Notes: generated by a model from the sequence alone, not told the origin. Counted from the first letter of the stretch, positions 37,496 to 47,927 are shown. The stretch is 64,000 bases of DNA from Thermodesulfovibrionales bacterium (GCA_044450345.1 JBIOIY010000002.1:32001-96000); one strand, 5' to 3'. Numbers and translations are program-made.

Positions 37496-39196
37496 ATGGC
37501 AAAAAGGATAACAGTTGATCCCGTAACAAGAATAGAGGGACATCTGAGGATAGACTGCGAAGTTGATGGCGGCAAAGTCACAAATGCCTGGTCCTCCGGG
37601 CAGATGTGGCGAGGGATAGAGGTTATCCTCAAGGGACGCGATCCGCGCGATGCATGGTTATTCACACAGCGCTTCTGCGGCGTCTGAACGTCGGTCCACG
37701 CACTGGCTTCAGTGCGTTCGGTAGAAAACGCCCTGGGGATGGAGATCCCTGTGAATGCGCAATATATCAGGAACATGATTATGGGCGCTCACGCAACACA
37801 TGACCATATCGTCCATTTTTATCATCTTGCCGCTCTCGACTGGGTAGATATCGTCTCAGCCCTTAAGGCCGATGCAAGAGCGGTTTCGAACCTGGGCCAG
37901 AAGCTTTCTCCATGGACGGGGAACAGTTACGCCGAGGTCAAGGCATCTCAGGACAGGCTGAAGACTTTTGTGGGTTCAGGTCAGCTCGGTGTGTATGGAA
38001 GCGGCTATTGGGGCCATCCTGCAATGAAGCTTGCGCCCGAGGTGAACATGCTTGCGGCCCATCATTATCTTCAGGCGCTTGAGTACCAAAGGGAGATCAA
38101 TAAGGTCGTCGGCATTCTCGGCTCGAAGACGCCGCATATACAGAACGTGGCCGTAGGAGGAGTTTCCAATGCCATCAATCTGGACAGCCCTTCGACCCTC
38201 AACATGGAAAGGCTGTACTATATCAAGACGCTGATTGATAAGGTCGGTGACTTTGTTGAAAATGTGCTGCTCGTGGACACTGCCGCAGTCGCTGCGTTTT
38301 ATGCGGAGTGGACAAAGTACGGCTCTGGCGTGATGAATTACCTTTCGGTTCCAGATATGCCAATGGACACTAAGGGTACGACCTTTGCGCTTCCAGGCGG
38401 ATACATCCCCGGTGGAGATGTGGGTAAATTCCAGGCGATAAAGAGTTATCAGGACCCGTTCTTCCGCGATAATGTCAAGGAGAGCATCAAACATTCCTGG
38501 TACGACGGCGACTGGGACCGCCACCCGTACGAGGAAGATACGCTTCCGAAATATACCGACTTCCAGGACAAAGGAAAATATTCATGGGTTAAGTCGCCGA
38601 CTTTCAAGGGTAAACCGGCACAGGTGGGGCCGTTGGCCAATGTTCTCTGTATGTTTGCAGCGGGCCACGAGCCGACAAAAAAGTACGCCACGAAGATGCT
38701 TGATACTATAAGCGCCCTGGCCGGTACTAAAGTCGGGATTGCAGCGCTCCACTCGACAATCGGCAGGATCGGTGCCAGGTCAATCAGGTGTGCGGTACTC
38801 TACGATACCCTAAAATCGCAGTGGCAGGCGCTCGTAGAGAATATCTCGAAGGGAGATGTCAAGACCTTCAACCACCCGACTTTCCCAGCGGGCGAACAGA
38901 GGGGTTATGGTTTTCACGAGGCCCCAAGGGGCGCTCTCTCTCATTGGATCGTCATTAAGGACGGGGCGATAAAGAATTATCAGGCCGTAGTGCCTTCGAC
39001 ATGGAACGCCGGCCCCAGGAACAGCGAAGATGCATTAGGGCCTTATGAGGCTTCCCTTATCGGAAACCCCGTGATAGACGCTGAAAAGCCTCTCGAGGTA
39101 TTGCGGACCGTGCATTCGTTTGACCCCTGTCTTGCATGCGCCATACATATGGTCGACAAGACTAATAATGAAATCGTGAAGGTCAAGGCGGTCTGA
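37496..39196 (+). CDS. hybC: [NiFe]-hydrogenase large subunit (HybC-like), 566 aa, with in-frame TGA at codon 64 (probable selenocysteine)
   Basis: ORFs 37487-37687 and 37712-39196 share one frame and join through TGA 37685-37687: [10 protein letters not shown]...[14 protein letters not shown]...HEAPRG...[11 protein letters not shown] plus 15-aa tail. Confidence 0.9.
37698..37717 (+). promoter_or_regulatory. Putative bacterial SECIS element
   Basis: acgcactg-gctt-cagtgcgt perfect 8-bp stem, 10 nt after TGA; loop starts with G, 18 nt from UGA. Confidence 0.7.
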
Positions 39197-39203
39197 TAAG
39201 AGC

Positions 39204-39722
39204 GTGAATGTCCTTGTACTCGGGATAGGCAATGTCCTTATGATGGACGACAGCGTCGGAGTGCGTGCTATCGAGGAGCTCGAGAAGAGATACTGCTTCC
39301 CGCAGGGCGTGGAGCTTCTCGACGGCGGTACTTCGGGCATCGAACTTCTCTCGTATATAGGCGACCGCGATCATTTGATCATAATTGACGCGCTGAAATC
39401 GGGACTTCCTCCTGGGACGGTCGTGAAAGTGGAAGGCGAAGATGTTCCCGCAAGGTTCATGACGAGAATATCGCCGCACCAGCTAGGTCTGTCCGATGTA
39501 CTTGCGGCAGCCACAATTTCCGGCCAGCTCCCGAGAAATTTGGTGCTTTTCGGGGTCGAACCCAAAACAGTCAGGCTCGGCCTTGGCCTCTCAAATGAGG
39601 TCAGGGCGAGCCTTGACAAGTTGGTGAGCACGGTGATTGAAGAACTCGGACGCATCGGATGTGCGGTGGAACCTGCTGAGATCGTGTCAACCAGGAGTAC
39701 ACTATGGGAGGCTCTTGGGTAA
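39204..39722 (+). CDS. hybD: Hydrogenase maturation endopeptidase
   Basis: LGIGNVLMMDDSVG, DGGTSG, IIDA, SPHQLG. Confidence 0.95.
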   Translation: MNVLVLGIGNVLMMDDSVGVRAIEELEKRYCFPQGVELLDGGTSGIELLSYIGDRDHLIIIDALKSGLPPGTVVKVEGEDVPARFMTRISPHQLGLSDVLAAATISGQLPRNLVLFGVEPKTVRLGLGLSNEVRASLDKLVSTVIEELGRIGCAVEPAEIVSTRSTLWEALG

Positions 39723-39921
39723 TGATATATAGTGTCTCATTGTCGTTAGAGTCTAACCTGCCGGTCACTGCCTAATGTATTCCTGCCTCTAAAAAAAAGG
39801 CCGGGCATCTTCTTCGTACCGAAGGTTCTGATAGATACAATAACCATCATTTCCGGCAAAGCACGTCGACAAACATTATTACCGGCGTGATTTTTCGGCG
39901 GCAATCGCGATATAATAGAAT

Positions 39922-40608
39922 ATGAGAATTTTGTTGGTAGAAGACGAGCAGAATGTGGCCTCTTTTCTGAAGAAGGGACTCGAAGAGGAATTTTATACAG
40001 TAGATGTTGCAGAGGATGGGGGAGACGGTTTTGCCATGGCTACTTCCAAGGAATATGACTGCATCATTTTGGACGTAATGCTGCCCGAGATCAGCGGTAT
40101 CGAGATATGCAGGAAATTGAGAAGCTCGAACGTAAAAACGCCGATACTCATGCTCACGGCCCTCGATTCCGTGGGCAGCAAGGTCGAAGGACTTGAAAGC
40201 GGCGCCGACGATTATCTTACAAAACCATTCGCCTTTTCAGAGCTCCTTGCGCGGATAAGGGCATTGTTGAGGAGAGCACCGGATTCGCTGAGCGAGCTTA
40301 CACTGAACGATTTGCGCATGGATCTTTTGTCTAGGAGAGTTTTTAGAGGTGAACAGGAGATCATTCTCACGCAGAAGAGCTTTGCAATCCTCGAATATTT
40401 TTTAAGAAACAAGGGGAGGGTGTTGTCCAGAACACAGATTATTGAGAACATCTGGGGATATAATTTTGATCCGAATACCAACGTAGTGGACGTACATATA
40501 AAGTTTCTGAGAGAAAAAATAGACAAGGAATTCAATAAGAAATTGATTCATACGGTCAGGGGATCGGGGTATGTACTGAAGGCCGAAGATGATAGTCAGG
40601 ACCTTTAG
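39922..40608 (+). CDS. OmpR-family response regulator (CusR/CzcR-like)
   Basis: LVEDE, LDVMLP, GADDYLTKPF, TNVVDVHI, HTVRGSGY. Confidence 0.95.
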   Translation: MRILLVEDEQNVASFLKKGLEEEFYTVDVAEDGGDGFAMATSKEYDCIILDVMLPEISGIEICRKLRSSNVKTPILMLTALDSVGSKVEGLESGADDYLTKPFAFSELLARIRALLRRAPDSLSELTLNDLRMDLLSRRVFRGEQEIILTQKSFAILEYFLRNKGRVLSRTQIIENIWGYNFDPNTNVVDVHIKFLREKIDKEFNKKLIHTVRGSGYVLKAEDDSQDL

Positions 40609-41959
40609 GTTAAGGCTGACCATAATCTACACGCTCGTAGTTGCGGGAATACTTTCCGTGTTTGCGACTGCGATTTACTTTCAATACAGGCACAGCTTGT
40701 CGAAAGAGATTGATAGCTACCTGATTAAGGAAGCAAACGAGGAGATCCTCGTCGAGAGCAACCCTAAACTCCCCCCTAAAAACCGCCAGGTCATAAAGAG
40801 GTTCGGTGACGAGTTCTTTGAGGTCATCGACAACAAAGGGCAGGTACTCATTACGTCGCTGAGCGCAGAGAATCAGCGCTGGCCGCTCGACAGCGAAACG
40901 CTGCTGAAAGCATTCAAGGGGGTTCCCCAGTTCAGCACCGTTTATTTCAGAGGTGCGAATTACAGGATCCTTTACTTTCCGATCAACGCGGAAAAGATAT
41001 TGAGGATAGTCTTGTCCCTGGGAGAGATCGAGGGAAGCATCAGAAGCCTGAGGAATCTCTTTCTCCTCTCTCTCCCGTTTGTCGTGTCTATGTCCTTCGC
41101 CGCCAGTTGGTTTCTTTCCGGCAAGGCCCTGTCGCCTATTATAAAAATCAGCTCGCTTGCGAGTCAGGTAAGAGAGGGAAGGCTGGTCAAGAGGATTGAA
41201 ATGGAGACAAAAGGTAAAGAAATTCAGGACCTGGTGGTCATCTTCAACGAGATGCTCGACGGCATCCAGCACTCTGTCGAGTCGCAAAAGCGATTCACCG
41301 CGGCGGTTTCGCACGAGGTGAGATCTCCCCTTACCTCCTTAAGGGGGAACATCGAAGTAGCATTAAGGAAGAAAAGGACCCCGGAGGAGTATGAGGACAT
41401 CTTAAATACAAACCTTTCCGATATTATAAGACTTTCAAGAATTACGGATAACCTCCTTTTCTTTACCAAGGCCGATAATAATATCCTCGAATTGAGGAAG
41501 CAGTGGTTTGAGGTCTCACATCTACTGCAAAATATTGTTGAGCGCCTAAAATACAGGGCTTCAGCTGCGGGGATCACAATCTCTGAGTCTTATCAGGACG
41601 GGATCGAGATGCGCGGCGATCTTGATCTCCTCGAACAGGCATTTTCCAATATCGTCGAGAACGCAATCAATTATACTCCTTCCGGAGGGATGATATCGGT
41701 GACTTCGAATAGAGAAGATGATAAGATCATCATTTCGATCAGCGATACGGGGATTGGAATCCCTGAAGACGAAATACCCCACTTATTTGAAAGGTTTTAC
41801 AGGGTCAATAAGGAGCGTTCGAGAAAGTCAGGGGGGACGGGACTCGGTCTCTCTATAACAGAGTGGGTCCTCAACGCCCATGACGGAAAGATTGAGGTAA
41901 AGAGTACCCTGGGGGCGGGCAGCGAGTTCATTACCTCATTCCCGGTCTCTAAGGATTAA
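40589..41959 (+). CDS. HAMP sensor histidine kinase (CusS-like)
   Basis: SHEVRSPLT, NIVENAINY, DTGIGIP, FERFYR, GGTGLGL. Confidence 0.95.
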   Translation: MIVRTFRLRLTIIYTLVVAGILSVFATAIYFQYRHSLSKEIDSYLIKEANEEILVESNPKLPPKNRQVIKRFGDEFFEVIDNKGQVLITSLSAENQRWPLDSETLLKAFKGVPQFSTVYFRGANYRILYFPINAEKILRIVLSLGEIEGSIRSLRNLFLLSLPFVVSMSFAASWFLSGKALSPIIKISSLASQVREGRLVKRIEMETKGKEIQDLVVIFNEMLDGIQHSVESQKRFTAAVSHEVRSPLTSLRGNIEVALRKKRTPEEYEDILNTNLSDIIRLSRITDNLLFFTKADNNILELRKQWFEVSHLLQNIVERLKYRASAAGITISESYQDGIEMRGDLDLLEQAFSNIVENAINYTPSGGMISVTSNREDDKIIISISDTGIGIPEDEIPHLFERFYRVNKERSRKSGGTGLGLSITEWVLNAHDGKIEVKSTLGAGSEFITSFPVSKD

Positions 41960-42956
41960 ACTCACCCGCTTCTTTCATCTCTCTACAGTCCACCGGGGAT
42001 AGTCGCAGCTCGCCGATAATGTCAAGCATCTGTTTCTTTGTTATCGCGTGAAACGCTTTTTCTCTGAGAGGTTTCGATCCATAAAGGGACCTTGTGTACC
42101 ATGCATAAAATTTTCTGAAGAGCTTGGTCCCCGTCGCTTCACCCTGGAAATCGCAACACATGGCAAGATGATCAGTCATGGTATCTATAATGTCTCGGAT
42201 ATGGGGTCTCTCTGAGATAGTTCCCTTTTCCAGAAATTCCTCCGTCTCTTTGAATATCCACGGGTTTCCCAGAGCCCCTCTTGCGATGGTAACACCGTCA
42301 CAGCCGGTCTCATCGAACAACTTCTTTATCAGCAGGGGAGAGAGGGCGTCACCACTGGCTATCACCGGAATGTCGATTGCCGCCTTCACCTCTGCAATAA
42401 TTCGGTAATCTACGCTGCCGCCATACCTCTGCGACCGCGTCCGTCCGTGGATAAAAAGGGCCTTTATACCGGCCTCATACGCATACAGAGCAACATCCCT
42501 TGCATTGACAGAGCACTCGTCCCAGCCGGACCGTATTTTAAGAGTGACAGGAAGCGGAGAGTTGTTCACCAATGTCCTCAGGATGTCCCGCAGCTTTACC
42601 GGGTCTCTCATAAGGGCGGCGCCTTCACCCTTGCGAATTACCTTTTCGACAGGACAGGCGGCGTTTATATTCAGAAGATCGAAATCCGAAGTGCGCAGGA
42701 TGTCCAGCGCCTGCTTCATGACCTTTTTATCATCTCCCAGAAGCTGGACCCCGAGGGGCCTGTCGGTAGAATTCGTTGACAGCATTTTCCTGGTGTTTTC
42801 ACTTTGATAAACCAGGGAACGGGCGCTGATCATCTCAGCGAAAGCGAAGCCGCATCCGAATGACCGGTTCAACATCCTGAAGGGAAGGTCACTTATTCCC
42901 GCCAGCGGGGCAAGCATCAGAGAGGGAAATTCTTTTCCGTCAATTAATAATGGCAC
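41949..42956 (-). CDS. dusB: tRNA dihydrouridine synthase (DusB-like)
   Basis: LAPLAGISDLPFR, NINAACP, KIRSGW, HGRT, ARGALGNPW; start uncertain. Confidence 0.88.
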   Translation of the reverse strand: MPLLIDGKEFPSLMLAPLAGISDLPFRMLNRSFGCGFAFAEMISARSLVYQSENTRKMLSTNSTDRPLGVQLLGDDKKVMKQALDILRTSDFDLLNINAACPVEKVIRKGEGAALMRDPVKLRDILRTLVNNSPLPVTLKIRSGWDECSVNARDVALYAYEAGIKALFIHGRTRSQRYGGSVDYRIIAEVKAAIDIPVIASGDALSPLLIKKLFDETGCDGVTIARGALGNPWIFKETEEFLEKGTISERPHIRDIIDTMTDHLAMCCDFQGEATGTKLFRKFYAWYTRSLYGSKPLREKAFHAITKKQMLDIIGELRLSPVDCREMKEAGEFNP

Positions 42957-43094
42957 GCTACTATTGTACAAGAATGCATCCCCATAGTGAAAATTCGAAA
43001 ACCGCGGCGGCGCCCGGGCACTAAGCGATGTAACTTATCCTTGAAAAGTTGTTATAATGAAATCAAAATTCTCCATAAGAGAAAAGGAGAGGTT

Positions 43095-43352
43095 ATGGCA
43101 AAGGTAATTACTTACGAATGCAAAGAGTGCGGTTGTGAGATCGTGGTAAGTGGAACACACGAGTCCCCTCTGCGGCCTATTTACTGCTGCGGGATCGAGG
43201 TTGCAAAAATCTCTTCTGCGAAGAACCCCGAAAAAAAGAAAACAACAAAGAGACCGGTCCCGAAGGCGGTCAGGAAAGTGGCGATAAAGACGGCAGCAGG
43301 GAAGCCGGCCAAAAAAAAGGCGCCTGCTCGGAAGAAGACGTCTCGAAAGTAG
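43095..43352 (+). CDS. Small protein: desulforedoxin-like Cys motif plus Lys-rich tail
   Basis: AGGAGAGG RBS; YECKECGCEIVV...IYCCG then K/A/R-rich C-terminus. Confidence 0.7.
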   Translation: MAKVITYECKECGCEIVVSGTHESPLRPIYCCGIEVAKISSAKNPEKKKTTKRPVPKAVRKVAIKTAAGKPAKKKAPARKKTSRK

Positions 43353-43362
43353 GGCATCATTT

Positions 43363-43704
43363 GTGCAGTCGAACATACGTGAAATAGAAAGGTTGCTTTC
43401 CGTCTATCGTTTTTGGGGGCTTGCTGCTGTGGCATTTTTTGTGCTTTTTCTTCTATCGATCTTCACCGTTATATCAAGCACAGGGATCAACTACCTGCTG
43501 ATTGCCGCGCCGCTTTTTTTCGGCTTTCTCTGGATTGGGACGACATCTCTAAGCCGCCATTCTCTTGTTCAGCTCAAACAATCCATCGACAAAGAGGTGG
43601 GCCTGCTTGAGTTTGTCTCGACGCAATTTGTTTTTGCACTCTTTCCCTTTACGTATAGGGAGTTAAAAAAAGAAGTTGCACTGTACGAAAGCTCCTGCCG
43701 TTAA
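43363..43704 (+). CDS. hypothetical membrane protein
   Basis: 113 aa with 2-3 hydrophobic segments; follows previous gene closely. Confidence 0.55.
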   Translation: MQSNIREIERLLSVYRFWGLAAVAFFVLFLLSIFTVISSTGINYLLIAAPLFFGFLWIGTTSLSRHSLVQLKQSIDKEVGLLEFVSTQFVFALFPFTYRELKKEVALYESSCR

Positions 43705-43733
43705 AGGGCAAGGATGATCCGGTTAAACGGAAA

Positions 43734-44660
43734 TCATCTGCCGTTGAGAAGTTCTTCTATTGTGATCACCACGGATTCTCCCAGGGACACAAGGTCATAG
43801 CCGCCTTCAAGGCAAAAGATAAAGGGTATGTCTTTCCGGGAGCTTATTATCGACCTGACGATATTCCTGACACCTTCGTTGGTGACCCTTATACCGGCAA
43901 GCGGGTCTTTAACATGAAGGTCATAGCCGGCCGACACGAGGACAATATCGGGCGAGAAATTGCTCACCAGAGGAGGAAGAAAGTCATGGAAGGCGGCAAA
44001 ATAGTCCTTATCGCCTGAGCCATGGCGCATCGGGACATTGCAGGTAAAGCCTTTTCCCTTTTCTTTCCCGTGCTCTAAGTCGCTCCCGGTTCCGGGATAA
44101 TGGGGATACTGGTGAGTGCTGAAATAGAAAACAGAATCGTCCTCTTCAAATATATGCTGAGTGCCGTTACCATGATGAACGTCGAAATCTATCACAAAGA
44201 CCTTGTTATAGCCGATCTTCTGGGCATGTCGCGCGCCTATCGCCACATTGTTGAATATGCAGAAACCCATGGCCCGATTTGCTTCAGCGTGGTGGCCAGG
44301 CGGTCTCACTGCGCAAAAAGCTCCGTCCAGATATCCCTCCCTGCACTTGTCGATAGCACTTGTTACAGCGCCCGCTGCGAAAAGGGCCGCCTCGATGGAA
44401 TGGGGTGAGATGTAAGTGTCGGCGTCGTAATAGCCGGTAAAGGCAACTATCTTTTCATAATATGGAGCCGTATGGACCAAAAGGATATCTTCAGTTGTGG
44501 CCTTATGGGGTGAAAGATGAATAAGTCCTTCCCACAAGTCCACTTTCCTGAGAGCGTCTGTGATTGCAATGAGCCTCTCCTTTGACTCAGGATGGCCGGG
44601 CGGGGTATCGTGACGAAGAAATACGTCGTCATAGATGAATCCTATCTTCTTCATTGGCAC
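43734..44660 (-). CDS. Histone deacetylase-family (AcuC/AphA) protein
   Basis: HPE, RPPGHHA, GFCIFNN, DFDVHHGNGTQ, SAGYD, LEGGY. Confidence 0.95.
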   Translation of the reverse strand: MPMKKIGFIYDDVFLRHDTPPGHPESKERLIAITDALRKVDLWEGLIHLSPHKATTEDILLVHTAPYYEKIVAFTGYYDADTYISPHSIEAALFAAGAVTSAIDKCREGYLDGAFCAVRPPGHHAEANRAMGFCIFNNVAIGARHAQKIGYNKVFVIDFDVHHGNGTQHIFEEDDSVFYFSTHQYPHYPGTGSDLEHGKEKGKGFTCNVPMRHGSGDKDYFAAFHDFLPPLVSNFSPDIVLVSAGYDLHVKDPLAGIRVTNEGVRNIVRSIISSRKDIPFIFCLEGGYDLVSLGESVVITIEELLNGR

Positions 44661-44770
44661 TCAATTTTATCACGCAGCATGAAAAAAATAAATATCGGTG
44701 AAGAGCGCAGGGTTGTAGGCCTGATGGAAGCATATTATGATGGAATCCACAAGTGAAATTTAACATTGTA

Positions 44771-44794
44771 AAGGGCAGGGGAGGCCCTGCCCTT
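44771..44794. terminator. Hairpin downstream of fhs
   Basis: aagggcaggg-gagg-ccctgccctt. Confidence 0.6.
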
Positions 44795-44817
44795 ATTTAA
44801 ATATTATCGCCTAGTTC

Positions 44818-46581
44818 TTAGAACAATCCACTCACCTTTCCGGTATTGACATCTACGTCGACCCTTCTGAAGGCCGGATTGGAACTCGTTCCGGGCATGA
44901 GGCTGATCGTTCCGGCGCATGGGCAGAGAAACTTGGCCCCGGAGTAAATCAAGACGTCCCTGATCGGCAGGGTCCAGCCTTTGGGCACTCCCTTGACGAC
45001 CGGGTCGTGTGTGAGGCTTAGGTGAGTCTTGACCATCATGGTGGCGAAGTCCGCATATTTGGGATCGCCTTCAAGCATCTTGGCCTTTGCCTCGGCCTCC
45101 GGCAGCCAGGAGACCCCGTCTGCACCGTACACTTCTTTGGCGATGAGCGCCACACGGTCGCGCAACTTCATCTCCAGGGGGTAGAGGAATTTGAAATCGT
45201 TTTTCTCGTTGCAGGCGTCAATAACCGCATCCGCCAGTTCTAGAGCTCCCTCACCGCCCTTAAGCCAGTGCTGGGATTCGGCGCAGCGGGCGCCCGCTGC
45301 TTCAGCAGCTTTCTTGACCACGGCCACCTCTGCATCCGTATCAGTGTAGAAACGGTTGATGCAGACAACCGGGTTTATGCCCGACTTGCGGATGACGTTG
45401 ATCAAATGGACCATATTGGCACAGCCTTTTTCCACCAAGGCTACATTCTCCTTGGTGTACTCGTCGGGCAGGGCCTTGCCGGCCACTACCTTCGGACCAC
45501 CGCCGTGCATCTTCAGGGCGCGGACAGTAGCAGTAAGCACCGAGACATGAGGTTTGAGACCGCTGTTACGGCACTTGACATTCCAGAATTTCTCAAAGCC
45601 AATGTCGGCAGCAAAACCTGACTCGGTTACGTGGTAGTCAAACATCTTCAAACCGATGCGGTCGGCGATGATGGAGGATTGGCCCACAGCGATGTTGGCA
45701 AAAGGCCCTGCATGGACAAAGCAGGGGTTGTATTCAGCCGTGCACATCAGAGTGGGGTTGATGGTATTGCGCATCCATGCGGTCATAGCGTTGCCGACTT
45801 CCAGATCACCTGTAGTTACAGGATTGCCGCTCTTGTCAAAGGCGACTGTTATGTTATTAAGACGCTTTTTCAGGTCAGCAAGATCCCTGATTATAGAGAG
45901 GATCGCCATGCACTCTGACCCCACGGCAATACCGAACTTCGATTGCATCATAAAGCCGTCCTGTCGTCCGCCGAGTCCGATAACTATATTACGAAGAGAT
46001 TGGGCGCAGAAGTCCATGATCCATCCCATTTCTACGCGGGTAGGGTCGATGTCGAGCCTTCTCATTTTGGTTAGCCTTTGTAGCTGCTCGTCATTGTAGT
46101 TCCGCTCGTGCTGCATACGGGAGGTCAGCGCTACCATAGCCAGGTTGTGGGCGTTCATGATATCGTTTATGTCGCCGGTAAGACCCAGGGAAAACTCGGT
46201 CATCGGGATTAGCAGGGAGTTGCCACCGCCGGCTGCGGTGCCTTTGACGTTCATGGTAGGGCCGCCCGATGGCTGGCGCAGGCACCCGCCCACATTCACG
46301 CCCCGCTTGCCCAGACCTTCCATCAAACCGCATGAGGTAGTGCTTTTGCCTTCGCCCAAAGGGGTTGGGGTGATGGCTGTCACCTCGATGTACTTGCCGT
46401 CGGGTTTATTGTTGAGACGGTTGATAACCTTCAGAAAGTCAACCCTGCCCAGTCTGCCCATGGGCAGTATCTCGTCCTTTTGCAGTCCCAGCCGCTCGCG
46501 CCACTGTTCCGGGGTAGGCATGTTTTTCTCTGCTTCTTCGGAAATCTGCCAATCGGCTAATTTCGTTGCATCATACGGCAT
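44818..46581 (-). CDS. fhs: Formate--tetrahydrofolate ligase
   Basis: [53 protein letters not shown] before MPYDAT. Confidence 0.96.
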   Translation of the reverse strand: MPYDATKLADWQISEEAEKNMPTPEQWRERLGLQKDEILPMGRLGRVDFLKVINRLNNKPDGKYIEVTAITPTPLGEGKSTTSCGLMEGLGKRGVNVGGCLRQPSGGPTMNVKGTAAGGGNSLLIPMTEFSLGLTGDINDIMNAHNLAMVALTSRMQHERNYNDEQLQRLTKMRRLDIDPTRVEMGWIMDFCAQSLRNIVIGLGGRQDGFMMQSKFGIAVGSECMAILSIIRDLADLKKRLNNITVAFDKSGNPVTTGDLEVGNAMTAWMRNTINPTLMCTAEYNPCFVHAGPFANIAVGQSSIIADRIGLKMFDYHVTESGFAADIGFEKFWNVKCRNSGLKPHVSVLTATVRALKMHGGGPKVVAGKALPDEYTKENVALVEKGCANMVHLINVIRKSGINPVVCINRFYTDTDAEVAVVKKAAEAAGARCAESQHWLKGGEGALELADAVIDACNEKNDFKFLYPLEMKLRDRVALIAKEVYGADGVSWLPEAEAKAKMLEGDPKYADFATMMVKTHLSLTHDPVVKGVPKGWTLPIRDVLIYSGAKFLCPCAGTISLMPGTSSNPAFRRVDVDVNTGKVSGLF

Positions 46582-46970
46582 AGTAATTCCTCCTTTTTTT
46601 TGCTGATATTGTTTTTGCCCCCAGGCCCGGCCTGGACGGGGCAAGATAGTTACCTAATCATTACTTATGAAATGATAAGAAAAATTAATGATAAATGCAA
46701 GAAGAAAATCGCAAGTAATTCTCGGCTCGTCTAAGCACTCGTGCTGCCTATGCGTTTTCATCTAGCTTTTCTAAGACTTTTTCCATCTGAATACATTAAT
46801 ATAGAAACATGGATTTGAAAATTATCATATAAGAAGAAACACTGTCAAGGAAAAGAGGGGTTTTAGTTCATTAATAATATTAATAGATTTATTGCACCTG
46901 CATGGCGGACTCTCTGTTATTATATTGTCACAAATTCCGTTGTAAGAGCAATGAACCCGGAGGAAATAAA

Positions 46971-47927
46971 ATGCTGAAAATAAAGTCTTCACTGGTTGTT
47001 ATTTTTTTCGTCTTTTTCGCTGTACCCAGTCAGGCGAGCATACTCCTGGACAAAGTAGCGGCCGTTGTAAACCAGGAAGTAATAACGTGGAGCGAGTTAT
47101 ACAAGTCTATGGAAGCCGACGCAGCCCCCCAGCTAAAGGAGATGAAGGAGAATGAGAGGCGTCAGGTCTTCAAGGAGAGTGAGGCGTCTTTTCTCGACAA
47201 TCTGATCAACGTAAAATTACAGCTTCAGGAGGCCCGGGGTCTGGGCATCAGCGTGACAGACGAGGAACTGAAAGAGGGTATCGATAATATCAAAAAAAAA
47301 TACTCTATGACCGATTCTGCTTTCATAGACTCACTTAAGAAGGAAGGGTATACCCTCGACGAATATAAAAAGAGACTTCGCGAACAGATCATGATAAGCA
47401 AAATCGTAAATATTCAGATCCGGAGCAAAATACTCGCATCTGAAGGGGAAATTAATAAGTTTGTGGATGAGAACAAAGAATTATTCGAATCGGGTGAGGG
47501 GTACAGGATAAGTCAGATCTTCTTTAAACGCCCAAAGGACGATAGAGAAAAGGGTGTTGTTGAAGAGAAGGCCGCTGCAATACTTAGGAAGCTGAAAGAG
47601 GGGATGAACTTTTCTGATCTGGCAAGACAGTATTCTGAAGACCCCTCGGCCCCGTCAGGTGGAGATCTCGGATTGATCAAAAAAGGTCAGATAGCCAAGG
47701 AGTTCTCAGAGGCTGTTTCAACTATGAAGCCGGGAGAGGTAAGTAGCCCTTTCTGGACGGCAAGAGGCCTGCACATCATCAGACTTAACGAAAAAATTGA
47801 CGCGAAAAGCCCCAATGAAATCAAAGAAGACGCAAAGACCGCTCTAATCAATAAAACATTTACAGAACGGTACAATGCCTGGATAAAAAGTCTGAGGGAA
47901 AAATCCTATATAGAAATCAGGCTCTAG
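46971..47927 (+). CDS. SurA/PpiC-type parvulin peptidyl-prolyl isomerase
   Basis: Signal peptide, DKVAAVVNQEVIT, FSDLARQYSED, GGDLG, GLHII. Confidence 0.88.
   Translation: MLKIKSSLVVIFFVFFAVPSQASILLDKVAAVVNQEVITWSELYKSMEADAAPQLKEMKENERRQVFKESEASFLDNLINVKLQLQEARGLGISVTDEELKEGIDNIKKKYSMTDSAFIDSLKKEGYTLDEYKKRLREQIMISKIVNIQIRSKILASEGEINKFVDENKELFESGEGYRISQIFFKRPKDDREKGVVEEKAAAILRKLKEGMNFSDLARQYSEDPSAPSGGDLGLIKKGQIAKEFSEAVSTMKPGEVSSPFWTARGLHIIRLNEKIDAKSPNEIKEDAKTALINKTFTERYNAWIKSLREKSYIEIRL

Noticed and set aside
37685..37687. Genome-wide UGA reassignment (code 4/25) as the explanation for the hybC TGA
   Set aside because: Many genes here end in TGA at their expected C-termini (htpG, hybA, hybB, hybC itself, ino1) and Trp is TGG, so any recoding must be site-specific.
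37487..39196. Two separate genes or a frameshifted pseudogene, as the ORF track implies
   Set aside because: Both pieces are in one frame, no residues are missing and the rest of the operon is intact. A simple nonsense mutation or read error is not fully excluded.
46732..46760. CIRCE-like TAAGCACTC
   Set aside because: Second half-site absent and not upstream of a heat-shock gene.
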